NCBI GenBank assembly: GCA_964016885.1
Contig: OZ024742.1
Location: 153,946,001 to 154,010,000, forward strand
DNA length: 64,000 bases
Source: Eledone cirrhosa
Lineage: Eukaryota
Reading direction: 5' to 3'
Shown: in pieces, positions 29,100 through 41,275 of the stretch
Layout of the letters: every line of letters begins with the position of its first letter
How positions within the stretch are numbered: the first letter of the stretch is position 1
The notes under the pieces: model-generated
Database searches by the model: none
The model's input: only the letters and a program-made list of their open reading frames with translations
What the model was told of the DNA's origin: nothing
Position numbers and translations under genes: made by a program

Positions 29100-30433
29100 C
29101 CGGAGATTACCAGTGGTTTATATACTGTAGTTAAACATAGCAATAGTGAATTAAATAGAGTAGAGAAAATATTATATAATTCTTTAAAAATTACGACCCG
29201 AATTAGAAGTAGAAAGTAACAGTAAAATAGTTAACTTCCTAGAGGTAACCCTTAATTTAAACTCAGGCCTATATTACACCTTCCATAAACCCAATGACAA
29301 CCTAAATTATGTTAGTTTTTATTCTAATCATCCTAAATGTGTTATAAATGCAATAGTCAATAGTGTTCAACAACGTTTAACTAGATTATCTGCTAACAAA
29401 TACATTTTTAAGAATAAAGCTGGATATTATCATGAAGCGTTACATAAAGCAGGATATAAAAATAATATTGAATATATAGAAAATAATAATTGTAATTATA
29501 AACAAAATATTCATAATAATAGGAAAAATATAAATAAAACTGACTGGAAAAATCAAAATCAAAATATAAATAAAAATAACAATTTCGAGAATAAATCAGT
29601 GAAAAAAATTAGAACTAGATCTATTATTTGGTATGCCCCAGCAGTATCTCTAGCTATTAAAACACCTTTAGCACATGTATTTGTTAAAGCCTTGGATAAA
29701 TGTTTCCCTAGAACACATAAATATTATTCGATCTTCAATAGATACACAGTGAAACTCTCTTACACAACAACTATGAATATGGCTTAAAATATTGCAATAA
29801 TAAATAGCAGAATTCTTAGTTCTAACCAACATATAATTAGCGATAATGACAATAATAATAATAATAATGGTCTAGTTATTAAGAATAACAATAACAATAA
29901 TTTAAGCACATATAGTAGAACACCTACACATATTAACAATGATAATGCGAACAGTTTAGATTATAGAAATAGCATGAAATCGAACTGTAACTGTAGAAGG
30001 AAATCTGAATGCCCTTTGCAAAATAACTGCCTAGATAAGAATTTTGTATATAAATGTACCATTAAAGCAAATAATAATATTTCTTATAACTACATAGATG
30101 CAACTTCATCGAACTTTAAACTGAGATTTCCCAATCATAAACATTCTTTTTCTAATCCGGAAAAAAACATGTTCTAATTCATTATCACAATTAATATGGT
30201 CTTTAAAAGAGAAAAATATAAAATACTCAATCTCTTGGACTAAACTTCGAAACTGTGAAGCATATCGGAATAATTCCATCTCACCTAACTGCAATCGTTG
30301 CAATCTAGAGACTATATTAATAATTGCCAATTATGGTATTTTAATTATTTAAAAAAGTGAATTATTTTCAAATTGCCTCCATAAATCTGCAAGAACATTT
30401 CAAGCAGCATATAAATTTAGCAACAAACATTGA
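29100..30433 (+). pseudogene. Penelope-like RT C-terminus, linker and GIY-YIG endonuclease
   Basis: VNFLEVTLNL..FHKPND..YV..YSNHP; IIWYAP...FNRYTVKLSY; CNCRRKSECPL..NCL..NFVYKC...YID...FKLRFPNHKHSF; several stops. Confidence 0.85.
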
Positions 30434-31651
30434 CTGAGCGAGAAAAGATATTCACTTTTATTAATAATTCTTGTAATGCTACTATCATTGTTATTATTGT
30501 TATTATTGGTATTATATATAATGTTCTACCTCACCTTAGGAAATGCATATCGGTTCTTTTATAGAGTAGGTTAATCTCTTGATTGATTAAATACCTTTAG
30601 TTTGATTTTGAATCCTCTTTTTAAGTCTTGGATTTTTTAAATTTGAGATCTGTAATATCTTCAGGATTTTATACCGTTTAGTTAATTTAAACGTTTAGAT
30701 ACGTCGTACGGAACTATTGTTTACATTTATCATGTATAATTTTCGTTTTATCCGAATTGATTAATAATCTGTATTTAACTTGATCTATAGTATTTAATAG
30801 AGTAATATTTGGTTGAATCGAAATAATATATTATAGCTAATAATTAATCATATATGTAATTGACAAATATTGAGTTAAGTAGTATTGTTTATAATATTTA
30901 TAATTCTAAACATTATATAAAATGCATATACAGATGCTAATATCCAAGTAAATTAAGTTAAATATTCTCATAGCTATTTTACTATATTTGTAAGTATCAT
31001 TGTTAGTTAATAATGTTTCTAACTTTGATTTTTATAACTAAATTATTGAATGCATTTATTAATTTAACTATGCACCACATTATCATTGAAAATATTTTAT
31101 ATTATTTTATATTATTGTATATTGTTTTAATTTTGAGATAATATAAGAGTATATTAATCTATCAAATACGATAGATTAAAAATCTCACAGTATTTAATTG
31201 ATCGCTTCTACCTAACTTAATATTTGAAAAAAAGAACGGTCACGCATCATGTCCTTCTCTTCTTCTTTTCTTTTCCTTATACAATTATATATTCTACCAT
31301 CTCTATCTCCCTCTCTTTGTTTTATCTTCATTTCCTTATCTGTTTCCTTTCTCTTCTATTTAGCTCTCTCTCTCTCTCTCTCTCTCATTTGGCTTTTTTC
31401 TCTAACATGGATATTTACATATTTAAATATTTAAATATTGAACATTTATGTATTTATGTGTTTATGAAGTTATTTATTTTATTTCTGTATTTATTTTTTT
31501 CTCTACACTTTCTCCTACTCACCCTCTCCAGTATATTTAGTTTGACATGTTAGTACTTATGGTATATAAATATAGAGTTTTGTTGTAATTAATCACTGCC
31601 AAGACTGGAATTGAACCATCAGCACAGTTGAGGTATGTCATACATCAATGT

Positions 31652-31723
31652 ATATATTTTATCTGATGAGGACGTACTGAAAGAACAGCACAGTACCTCC
31701 GAAATATATTTAATAAAATATAT
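31652..31723 (+). ncRNA. Minimal type I hammerhead motif in the Penelope 3' pseudo-LTR
   Basis: ATATATTTTAT-CTGATGA-GGA.GTACTG-loop-CAGTAC.TCC-GAAA-TATATT-TA-ATAAAATATAT; 11-bp stem I. Confidence 0.75.
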
Positions 31724-31895
31724 TTTGATTACGTTGAATGTCTTTATTTATTAATATTTTGAATTAATATTAATAACTCCAGAAAACTTGCCGTTGAGTG
31801 CTTCTAATCTATTGTAAAACTATATTCATTAATTAATCAATGAATCTTGTTTTTAACTTTTGGTTATATATATATATAACCAAAAGTTAAACAAG

Positions 31896-31930
<35 letters not shown>

Positions 31931-32046
31931 CATATATATATATATTTACACACGCCTCATATATATATATATATATGATTACACACACACATATATATAT
32001 ATATATATGAAATATAAGAATCAAAGAACTGTTCAAAACATTATTG

Positions 32047-32093
32047 TGCTTACAGCTGTTTCACCCAAACCGAGGTTTGGATTCTTCGGAGCA
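32047..32093 (-). ncRNA. Hammerhead motif with CCGAAGA core variant
   Basis: Exact reverse complement of 33034-33080. Confidence 0.62.
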
Positions 32094-33033
32094 ATTTATT
32101 AATGCATGGACAGTTATATGACCTCCTTTTCAGCCGAGAGACATACCAATACATATTCAAACATTGATACATATTCAAACATTGTGGGTCAACATTCATT
32201 ACAGAATTTAGAGTGGCAGTACACACTTCGAGATTACATTTATATTAATAAGTACAATCAAAAATCAAAGATATAGGTTAAAGTACAACATGAAGATAAG
32301 TGGTTATATAGTGCAAATGTTATATGTGTGGCACGCATGTGCGTCTTGTTTATATAGTGTGGCAGAGAGATATGTGTGGTAGAGGCACTTAGGTAGGTAA
32401 ATAAGAGTGTTAGGTTGGTAGATCTGGTGGCAAAGTCTTTATATGATTGATATAGTCTGTGTGTGGAGAAATATTATAAGCATTAAAGATAGTGCAAGCA
32501 TTAAAAGTGTTATAAGTATTGGAGATGCACAGCGCAGGGATGTCAAGTAATTCATGTACTTCGGCATTTTCATGGTCAAGGGAGTGTATATTTCGATTAT
32601 ATGCCTTTCACATAATCCACGACAATCCAGTTAGAGATCGTAGTCTGGTGTTCTTTAGTTCGATACAGGAGGTTGTTACGTTTCGAGAAACGCCATTGAA
32701 TACCGGAAGTGTGTGTGTGGCTAAGGGGAGTTAATGCATGCGGGGAGGTAACTCTGGGGTTTCTATATCTAGCCATTAAAACGTGTCCCAATATAGACCC
32801 TAAATTCTATGGTGAGGTGCACCTTCAACGTATCTAAAAGAATATAAATGTAGGCAAGATGTATAAAAGTAATTCAAACGTTTAAAGGGAATTCAAACAG
32901 TTTAAAGGTAATTCATAAGGCTAGAAACATCAATGAAATTTGTAATGTTTGAATATGTATCAATGTTTGAATATGTATTGGTATGTCTCTCGGCTGAAAA
33001 GGAGGTCATATAACTGTCCATGCATTAATAAAT

Positions 33034-33080
33034 TGCTCCGAAGAATCCAAACCTCGGTTTGGGTGAAACAGCTGTAAGCA
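33034..33080 (+). ncRNA. Hammerhead motif with CCGAAGA core variant
   Basis: TGCT-CCGAAGA-ATCCAAAC-ctcg-GTTTGGGT-GAAA-CAGCTG (palindrome)-TA-AGCA. Confidence 0.62.
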
Positions 33081-33281
33081 CAATAATGTTTTGAACAGTT
33101 CTTTGATTCTTATATTTCATATAACTGCTCTGTAAATCATCTGATGTTTTTACATTGAGCTACTTAACTTACTGGTAATAAGGTAGTAATACATTACTGC
33201 CTACCACTATTTAGGGTGTGTGTAAAATACTTACAACTGCTTAAGGTTTTGTGTTTACATAACCATAAATAGTATAACTAA

Positions 33282-33493
<212 letters not shown>

Positions 33494-35495
33494 GGGGAAA
33501 TATATCAGAAATTAATGTGTGTCGTATTTTTTGTTTCAACGTATCTAAAAGAATATAAATGTAGGCAAGATGTATAAAAGTAATTCAAACGTTTAAAGGC
33601 AATTCAAACAGTTTAAAGGTAATTCATAAGGCTAGAAACATCAATGAAATTTGTAAACAATCAAGTGATACTGATTGCACAATATAACTTTGATTCAAAA
33701 GGTTTTCTCGTCGTGAATTGACTCTGTTAGATAAGGAACACCGAAGTCATATTGCCGTTAACAACGAGTAATTGAAAGATTTGGCGGAAGTAAATACATC
33801 CTCAATCTAATGCAGCTTGTTTAGGGTTAGCGTTAGGCTTAGATGTAATTATTTGAACAATTCCGGCACGTTTGAACTAAATTGTTAACGGAGTTGACGA
33901 AGCTACATTAAATGTTGCCTCTTGAAAAATCGCCATTTTGAAATCTAATCTTCACATATTTTGCACAACAAAATCTATGCATTTATTGATATGGCTGTGA
34001 CGTTCGACAATGTACAAACTCCACACAAAAATCGAATATTTTCAACAAAGTCGTTGTTTCAAGATGAAGCTTCTAAACACGACCCAAATCCGAAAAGCCT
34101 TCAAACGAAGGTTATGATGTTTCTTAGTTGTGACCGGATTTATCCATTATAGGTTTCTGATCCCTGGCGGAAAATTAACGCACATAATTATTAGCACTTA
34201 TTTAATGAAGCGATTAAAATTTCAGCTTATGTGAATGGCACTGATCAATAGGTAATATTCAATAATGTTTCACGACAACGCTGGATGATACCTCGCACAT
34301 TCTTCAAAGTGTGGAACAACGCCTTGCTTCTAGCACACTCGCTTCGGCATTTTACAAATGACTACCACTGGTAGGAAAAGTCTTCAACAAACAAACAACC
34401 GCTAAAAAGCCTTCCATCATCTCCCAATATTCAGAAATATATATGACGATTAAAGAAGCTTGTATGATGTTTGGTAAAAATGTGTGGAGTCTAATGCTTC
34501 TTTTTCAACAGTGTTGAAGGCCACATACTATGCCTTTCAATAAACGACGGTGATACGGCTTGAGTCTTTCTGTTAATTGTGAGAAGTCGTACAAGATATA
34601 GAGAAGTATATCCGCTTCTGGGTGAACTAGAAAATACGCTGGCATTTGTTGGTTTCGGAGATAAATGAACATATGTTTGACATAATATCAATGATGTGTA
34701 TGTATGATTCGATGTTAATTATTCGAATTATTTCTGTAGGTTGAAAACAGGTTGTTTCTAACAAACAAATGAAATTCCAACATTGGAATGTATGTAACAA
34801 AACCATGACAGCCTATGTATTCAACATTTGAAATTCTTGCACGTTTTTATAATTCGACTTGCACTTGGTAGTTGTATAGAGTTTAATATATTTGCGTGAA
34901 CATTTATTTTGTTGTAGACCCAGTCTTCTCCAGATTGTTATTTAAGCTTTTGGTTACAGTCAAATCACCAGTATTTCTCTATCCAGATTAGATACTCATA
35001 CTTATAAGTGTCAATTTATAATCTGATTAGAAAAGTTGAAACTTTCGAAGAGGATGTCCGCAATCGTTCACTTGCAACTGTTTCGTAAGAAAATCTGCAT
35101 CAGCAGAACAACTGTTTGATATCAGGTGGTGCTTTATGAACTGTGTTTCGCCTAACAACTGATCCATATAATCGTTCTTTATCTGTAAAACAGTATATGA
35201 GTCAACGGAAAAAATCATTAAAATCAACCTATACATCTATCTCTCAACATCACCATTTTTGACTTGCACAAACGCAGCAACATACACAGGCACATGAATA
35301 TAAATACATTCATACAAGAGAGAGAGAGAGAGAGATAGAGAGATCATACACGGGCGTGTATGTTTGTGTATAGAAGATTATATTAAAAGGAATTCCAACT
35401 TTGTCTGATTTATTCGTTTTATTTACAATCCTTTAACGTTTATAATGGTATTAGAATGAAATAGTATGGTATACTATTAAATGTTAAGTGTTCAT

Positions 35496-35534
35496 TGAAC
35501 AAGTACTTTCATGCTTTCGCAATCTTCAGGTTCA
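35496..35534 (-). ncRNA. 39-nt minimal hammerhead motif
   Basis: TGAAC-CTGAAGA-tTGC-gaaa-GCAt-GAAA-GTAC-TT-GTTCA. Confidence 0.72.
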
Positions 35535-35832
35535 TATTGTGTGGTGACAGTCAAGTTTGTAATTGTGGTACAAGGCCAGCAATTATCCCAGTGCATTACT
35601 GGTACTTTATTTTATCGACCCCGTAATGATGAAAGGCAAAGTTAACCTCGACAGGATTTGATCTCGGATCATAAAGGAAGAAGTACTCAATGCAGAAGAA
35701 TTAGGTGACCATATTGTAGTGTCTCCTCGCATTGCTTCAATGAAGCCTGAACCTACAAAAAAGAGTAAGTCATAATTTGAATATCATACATACACAGTTG
35801 AAAATTGCAAACTTGAGTGTCACCACACAATA

Positions 35833-35871
35833 TGAACCTGAAGATTGCGAAAGCATGAAAGTACTTGTTGA
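35833..35871 (+). ncRNA. 39-nt minimal hammerhead motif (stem I partly mutated)
   Basis: TGAAC-CTGAAGA-TTGCGAAAGCAT-GAAA-GTAC-TT-GTTGA. Confidence 0.62.
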
Positions 35872-35977
35872 ACTTAATATTTAATATTCTACCATACTAT
35901 TTCATTGTAATACCATTATAAATGTGAAAGGATTGTAAATAAAACGAGTAAATCAGACAAAGTTGGAATTCCTTTTA

Positions 35978-36050
<73 letters not shown>

Positions 36051-36054
<4 letters not shown>

Positions 36055-36505
36055 ATAATAATAAATGTGAAGACTAAAATATAAAGACGGCTCCATAAGG
36101 ATAAATATATATCAAATATATAAGAACCCTAGAGCAAATATTCATTAAAATAACAGATTAAATTTTAAGCAAAGAATCGCTGCTTTCACCCTTAACGGGA
36201 TCTTCTGAAACTAATAAAAAAGAATATTAGTCTATGATTCCATTTATACAATAAACGTGGTTTTGTTTTTGCGTGTATTTGTTCTCACCGCTCCACATAA
36301 CGACGTATTATCTTCGCTTTTTTCCGTTCGTTGCCAGGGAACGTCTTTACAAACGAAAATATCGTCATCCCGTTTCCCTTCGTTTGCAACGTTTTTTCGA
36401 AATATTCACTTCTGCTTTTGCAGATAGACTATTTTAGTTTCAGAAGATCCCGTTAAGGGTGAAATCAGCGATTCTATGCTTAAACTTTAATCTGTTATTT
36501 TAATA
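36051..36505. mobile_element. Non-coding element with inverted arms in (TA)n; related copies at 54098-54460 and 53874-53935
   Basis: 36144-36214 is the reverse complement of 36434-36505; interior 36275-36430 matches 54266-54420 in reverse. Confidence 0.72.
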
Positions 36506-36526
36506 TATATATATATATAGGCTTTT

Positions 36527-36802
36527 TGTTGTATTCCTCTCGGTACTCGCAGAGAAAACACAACGAGTTATATCAAATAATTTGTGTAATTTGCGAAACA
36601 ACCAAAATGCCCCTCCTCGCACTAGCAGAATAACATAAAGTAAGTAAGTAGCAGTCTGTGACCGAGTTTTTAATACCAACGCTGACTGACTGCCCAGGTC
36701 GCGTGATCCATATGCAAATGTGTGAGCACGTGTAAATTGAATAGAAATTTAACAGTCCATACAACAATGAAGTTGTGAGTTCGATTCCCAGTCCATACAA
36801 CA
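36527..36802 (-). repeat. 3' LTR of the Gypsy element
   Basis: Direct repeat of 41276-41550 with scattered substitutions. Confidence 0.95.
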
Positions 36803-36836
36803 CCTCCCCACCGAAATTGATGCGACAAAAGAAGCA

Positions 36837-39333
36837 TCAACAGCAAAGTCTCTCTGGGGGTTTACGAGTTCTCTTGGACCGTCTTCGATTGGCTGGTCCA
36901 TACTCTGGAACGGGCAATAAGGTATTGGGTCTGGTCTGTCTTGGAGTTAGTGGCACGATTTCCGAGATCTCCATCGGGTGATGTGTTGCAAACTCATAAA
37001 CAGTGTCTACTGCATCACCAGGTTCATTGTCTTCCTCAGTAGTGTACCGCGGTTGCAGCTGTTCCCAGTGTCGTCTCCACACCGGGCCATGAGGTATGAC
37101 CTTAACGTTGAAGCAGCGAGTACCCAATGACTTCTTAATGATTGCTGGTACTCATCGGGGATCTTTGTCTCGGCGAGATCCGTAGTATAGTGCATACACA
37201 TAATCTCCAGCCTTGTACTGCCTGGTAACCTTAGCGACACCTGCCGAGTCCGCAGTCATATGTGACTTATATGCTTCCTTAGACTGCTTGCCTTGAGCGA
37301 TGTGTGCTGGCGAGGGCAGCAGAGAATCAATCCTTGTCCGTATCTGCCGGTGATTCAAAAGTTCACTCGAAGAGAATCCACTGGATGTCGGTGTACTCCG
37401 GTACTGCATCAAGAACTCTTGAAGTCTTCGCTTCGGCGGAAGAGAAGTCTTCCTCAGAGCTTGTTTGAAGGTCTGCACCAAACGTTCCGCTGCTCCGTTG
37501 GTAAGCTGGGTGGTAAGGTGCCCCTGTCAGGTGCGTGATCCCACGTTCTTTGCACCAGCTCTGGAACTCCTCAGAAATAAAAGTTGGTGCGTTATCAGTG
37601 ACTAGCGTGTGAGGAAATCCGAAGTGCGCAAAGTCTTCTTCAAGCGTATCTAAAGTGGCTCTGGAGGACGTGGATAACGTAGGATTAATGCATGGATACT
37701 TCGAATAAGCATCCGTGATCACCAACCAATTAGTGCCCATGAAATGTATTGCGTGGTGCAGGTGTAAGCGGCTCCACGGCTTTTCAGGTAACATCCATGG
37801 GTCAACTGGAGACTTGGATGCCTGGTTTTGATGTTCAGCACACGAATCACATTGTCGACTGGTACTCTCTATAGCAGCATCGATACCAGGCCAATAAACT
37901 GCAGTTCTTGCCAACTGTTTCATGCGCTCCATGCCAAAGTGTCCGAGATGCAGAAGATTGAGGATCTTTGGCTGTAAGCTATGTGGAATCACAACTCTCG
38001 ATCCATGGATAAGGCATCCGTGGCAGGTACTGAGTGAATCCGATAACTTCCGGAACTTATTGACTTCGTTATTGATCTCAGTATTCTTTGGTGGCCAGCC
38101 TTCACAGACGTAGCGTATCACTATAGATATCACTGGATCTTTCCCTGACTCTTGACGGAGGACGTTAGCATCGATAGGTTGGACTTGAAGACTGAGAGCT
38201 TTGATGGCGCACACCATGTCCATGTCTTCACCATTTTCCTTCCTGACAAAGTCGATGTCATTACCAAATGGCAAGCGACTGAGGGCATCTGCATTGCCAT
38301 GATCCGCTGTTTTCCGATATTCGATGGTGTAGTCAAACTGGTTCAGCCACAGGGCACACCGTGCTAGTCGGTTAGCATCGAGAACTGGCGTCCCTTTCCT
38401 TGGACTGAACAGTGATGTCAGTGGCTAGTGGTCAGTTACGAGTATAAACTGATGTCCGTACAGATACTGATAGAACTTCTGCAAGCCAAATATGATGGCC
38501 AGGGTTTCCTTTTTAATTTGGCATAGTTACGCTGTGCAGAAGTAAGGGTCTTGGACACATTGGATATTGGGTGCTCGCTTCCATCAGGATAGCAATGAAA
38601 CAGGACTGCTCCAATACCAACGTTTGACGCGTCGCAAGCCAGTCCCAAAGTTTTGTTTGGATCGAAGTGTATCAGAACTCGATCCGATGAAAGCACATTT
38701 TTCAACTGATCGAAAGCTGACTGTTCTTCATCTTCCCACTTCCAAGTAGTCGTATTTTCCGTAAGGCAATAGAGTGGCTCTGCCATGCTGGCCAGCTTTG
38801 GGATAAACTTTCCATAGAACTGAACTGAACCCAGGAAATACTTCAAGCTTGAGACGTTCGTTGGAGGTGGCATCTTTAAAACTGCTTCGACCTTGGATCC
38901 TTTCGCGATCCCTTCAGCCGACAAGGTGTGTCCAAGGTATTCCACACTGGGTAGTGCAAACTGACACTTGTCACGGCGACATTTGAGTCCTTTGTCGCAC
39001 AGACGTGTGAGCAGACACTTTAGGTTGTTCATGTGACCGTTTGCATCTTTCCCACTGACGAGCATGTCGTCCAGGTAGATCTTGAGTCAGGTTTTCCATG
39101 ATCTCCTGAAAGTAACCAGGTGCTGACTTGATTCCGAAAGGGAGTCGTTCCTGCAGGAGCACCCCATGGTGAGTGCTGAGTGCAAGCCTGCGTTGACTTT
39201 CTGGAGCCAGCTTGATCTGATTATAGGCATCAGCAAGATTAATCTTTGTGTATCCGAATCCACCTCCGAGCTTCTGCATCAATTCCTTTGGGAGTGGCAT
39301 TGGATGACGATGATCTGCAAGTTGGTCATTAAT
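36837..39333 (-). pseudogene. Gypsy pol (RT, RNase H, integrase), frameshifted
   Basis: LADAYNQI, RLPFGIKSAP, YLDD region, LACDASNVGIGAVL, H-X3-H...CX2C zinc motif, ITDAYSKYP, LVTDNAPTF, APYHPA. Confidence 0.92.
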
Positions 39334-41067
39334 TCACAAAGAGTAGTCACCACAAATCCGTAGTTTGGGCTTCAGGTTTCCTGAAATATGTGCTTTACGA
39401 ATCGGTACCACTGGCGTTCCGTATTCGTTGAACTGTACTGGCTTCCAGATTCCTTTGGCGATGCCTTCTACGTAACCTTTGGCCAGGTCATCACGAAGAG
39501 CAAACGGGACCGGGTGTGACTTGTGAAAGACCGGTGTCGCGACCGACTTAAACTTCACTTCCAGTTCGAAGTCATTAAGACATCCCAATTCTTGCTTGAA
39601 GAGATCTGGGAATTCATCACACATGTTCTGACAATCTCGTTGCATGGAAATATAGGACTCATTTGAGGTCTTTGGATGCATCACTTCTGCACCCTCACTC
39701 TTGACCTGGCTGTCGATGCTTTTCAATCCTAGAGCATTGTCCACGGAAATTCGCAGAGTCTGGAGAGCGTTTCGTCCCAGCAAATTAAGATCAGGGATCT
39801 TGGTGACGATGTAGGGTATTGCATTCCGTTTACCGGTCGTTGGATCCTTGGTTTGGCCCATGAAAGTTCCCAGAACGGGCAGGTCGTGCTTGCTGGCAGA
39901 TTCAAACCGATGTTTGACATCTTGCAGCTTCGGTTTTCCTAATTGTTTCCAAACTGACAAGGAAACAAAATTGCCTGTAGTAGCTGTGTCCAATTCTATT
40001 GTGAAAAGTCTGTTCATGATTGTTATTGGCACATTCAAACTATGAGTATCGTGGGGAACTTCACCAAGGATCGCCTTGACTAGCTCAGCTTTCGTGATTC
40101 TTTTCACGTAATTCAGTGAGCGATGATTACGTTGCTGATGTTCTTTCTTTATACACACCGCTTGCAAATGTCCCTTTCTGTCACAAAAATGACATTTGGC
40201 TTCTTTGAAGGAGCAGTCTGTCGCTTTGTGTGCCTTTCCACATCGGTAGCACATCTCCTGGTCTGTGGAATAAGACTGCTGATGGTTCTTTCGAGGACCC
40301 TTGTTCTTGTTCTGCTGGACCTTGTAGATTTGCTTGGTTTTGGAACCGTAAACAGTTTCCTTGGTAACCTTTGCTGCGTCTTCGGTCCCGATGGCAACTT
40401 GGACAGCACGGGCAAAATCTAGTTCTGTATACTTGATCTTGAAAATAGCCTCCAACACAGCTTCATTATTGACAGAACATATAAATCTCTGTCTTAGAGC
40501 TTCATCTTGTGGATTTGTCATCGAAGGAAAATCACAGGTAGCTGCATCCTGACGTATACGTGCTGCCAGCTCCTGGAGAGTTTCGTCTGGCTTCCGTTGC
40601 GTGTCACTCCAGAACTTGAAACGTTCTCTCACAATGAAAAGTTTTGGGTGGAACTGTTCTTTCATGAAGTCAACAGTTTCGTCCATTGTCAACTTGTTGA
40701 TATTCTTAGGCGGATTTTGTTGAGCAGCCAGATTTGCAAGTTGTTTGTAGATAGCAGCCCTCTGATTAGTCAGGAATAATTGTGCCATGTGTTGCTCGGG
40801 TACAGCGTTAGCAGCCACAAACGTGCAGAATCTTGACCAGTAATCAGGCCATAGTTCTGTTGTTGAATCAAAAGCAGCAAATGGTGGGATGAATGCTGTT
40901 GGTGTCAAAGCAACTGGCGACGCCAATAAACTGTGTTGTTCAGAATCTCGAGCACCAAACAGTTTTATCAGAGTGTCCATATCTTTCTTGTGTTGTTGCA
41001 TTTGCTTCGACGCCAATAAACTCTGTTGTTCCATCTGTTCTCTAAACGACTTTATTAGTTCCGCCAT
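39334..41067 (-). CDS. Gypsy Gag and aspartic protease (577-aa open frame; pol continuation disrupted)
   Basis: Two Cys/His knuckles (CYRCGKAHKATDC, CHFCDRKGHLQAVC); protease ELDTAT and LLGRN; ends in RT start LRICGDY. Confidence 0.85.
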   Translation of the reverse strand: MAELIKSFREQMEQQSLLASKQMQQHKKDMDTLIKLFGARDSEQHSLLASPVALTPTAFIPPFAAFDSTTELWPDYWSRFCTFVAANAVPEQHMAQLFLTNQRAAIYKQLANLAAQQNPPKNINKLTMDETVDFMKEQFHPKLFIVRERFKFWSDTQRKPDETLQELAARIRQDAATCDFPSMTNPQDEALRQRFICSVNNEAVLEAIFKIKYTELDFARAVQVAIGTEDAAKVTKETVYGSKTKQIYKVQQNKNKGPRKNHQQSYSTDQEMCYRCGKAHKATDCSFKEAKCHFCDRKGHLQAVCIKKEHQQRNHRSLNYVKRITKAELVKAILGEVPHDTHSLNVPITIMNRLFTIELDTATTGNFVSLSVWKQLGKPKLQDVKHRFESASKHDLPVLGTFMGQTKDPTTGKRNAIPYIVTKIPDLNLLGRNALQTLRISVDNALGLKSIDSQVKSEGAEVMHPKTSNESYISMQRDCQNMCDEFPDLFKQELGCLNDFELEVKFKSVATPVFHKSHPVPFALRDDLAKGYVEGIAKGIWKPVQFNEYGTPVVPIRKAHISGNLKPKLRICGDYSL

Positions 41068-41078
41068 GTTTTAATTTC

Positions 41079-41260
41079 CCGGCAATGTAGGTAAATCCTA
41101 TCGGCAATGTAGGTAAATCCTATCGGCAATGTAGGTAAATCCTATCGGCAATGTAGATAAATCCTTATCGGCAATGTAGGTAAATCCTACCGGAAATGTA
41201 GGTAAATCCTATCGGCAATGTAGGTAAATCCTATCGGCAATGTAGGTAAATCCTATCGGC
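41079..41260. repeat. 22-bp tandem repeat (~8 copies) in the Gypsy leader, overlapping the putative primer-binding site
   Basis: Unit TCGGCAATGTAGGTAAATCCTA. Confidence 0.93.
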
Positions 41261-41275
41261 GACGCCAATAAACTC

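Larger units (their letters stand above)
28430..31830 (+). mobile_element. Penelope-like element (Naiad-type motifs), 5'-truncated, with inverted pseudo-LTR
   Basis: 28430-28980 is the reverse complement of ~31440-31830 once the SINE is removed; internal RT thumb and GIY-YIG remnants; hammerhead motif in each arm. Confidence 0.85.
35383..35976. mobile_element. Small element with ~165-bp inverted arms carrying hammerheads; contains a SINE A fragment (35560-35678, minus)
   Basis: 35383-35556 is the reverse complement of 35811-35976. Confidence 0.75.

Noticed and set aside
36434-36480. Hammerhead-like CAGAAGA-TCCCGTTAAGGGT-GAAA (also minus 36170-36212 and 54221-54260)
   Set aside because: Core has U4A, and no UH site with matching stems I and III could be built; at best a decayed motif
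41079-41260. Short regular repeats resembling a CRISPR array
   Set aside because: Contiguous 22-bp units with no spacers, inside a eukaryotic LTR element, no cas genes
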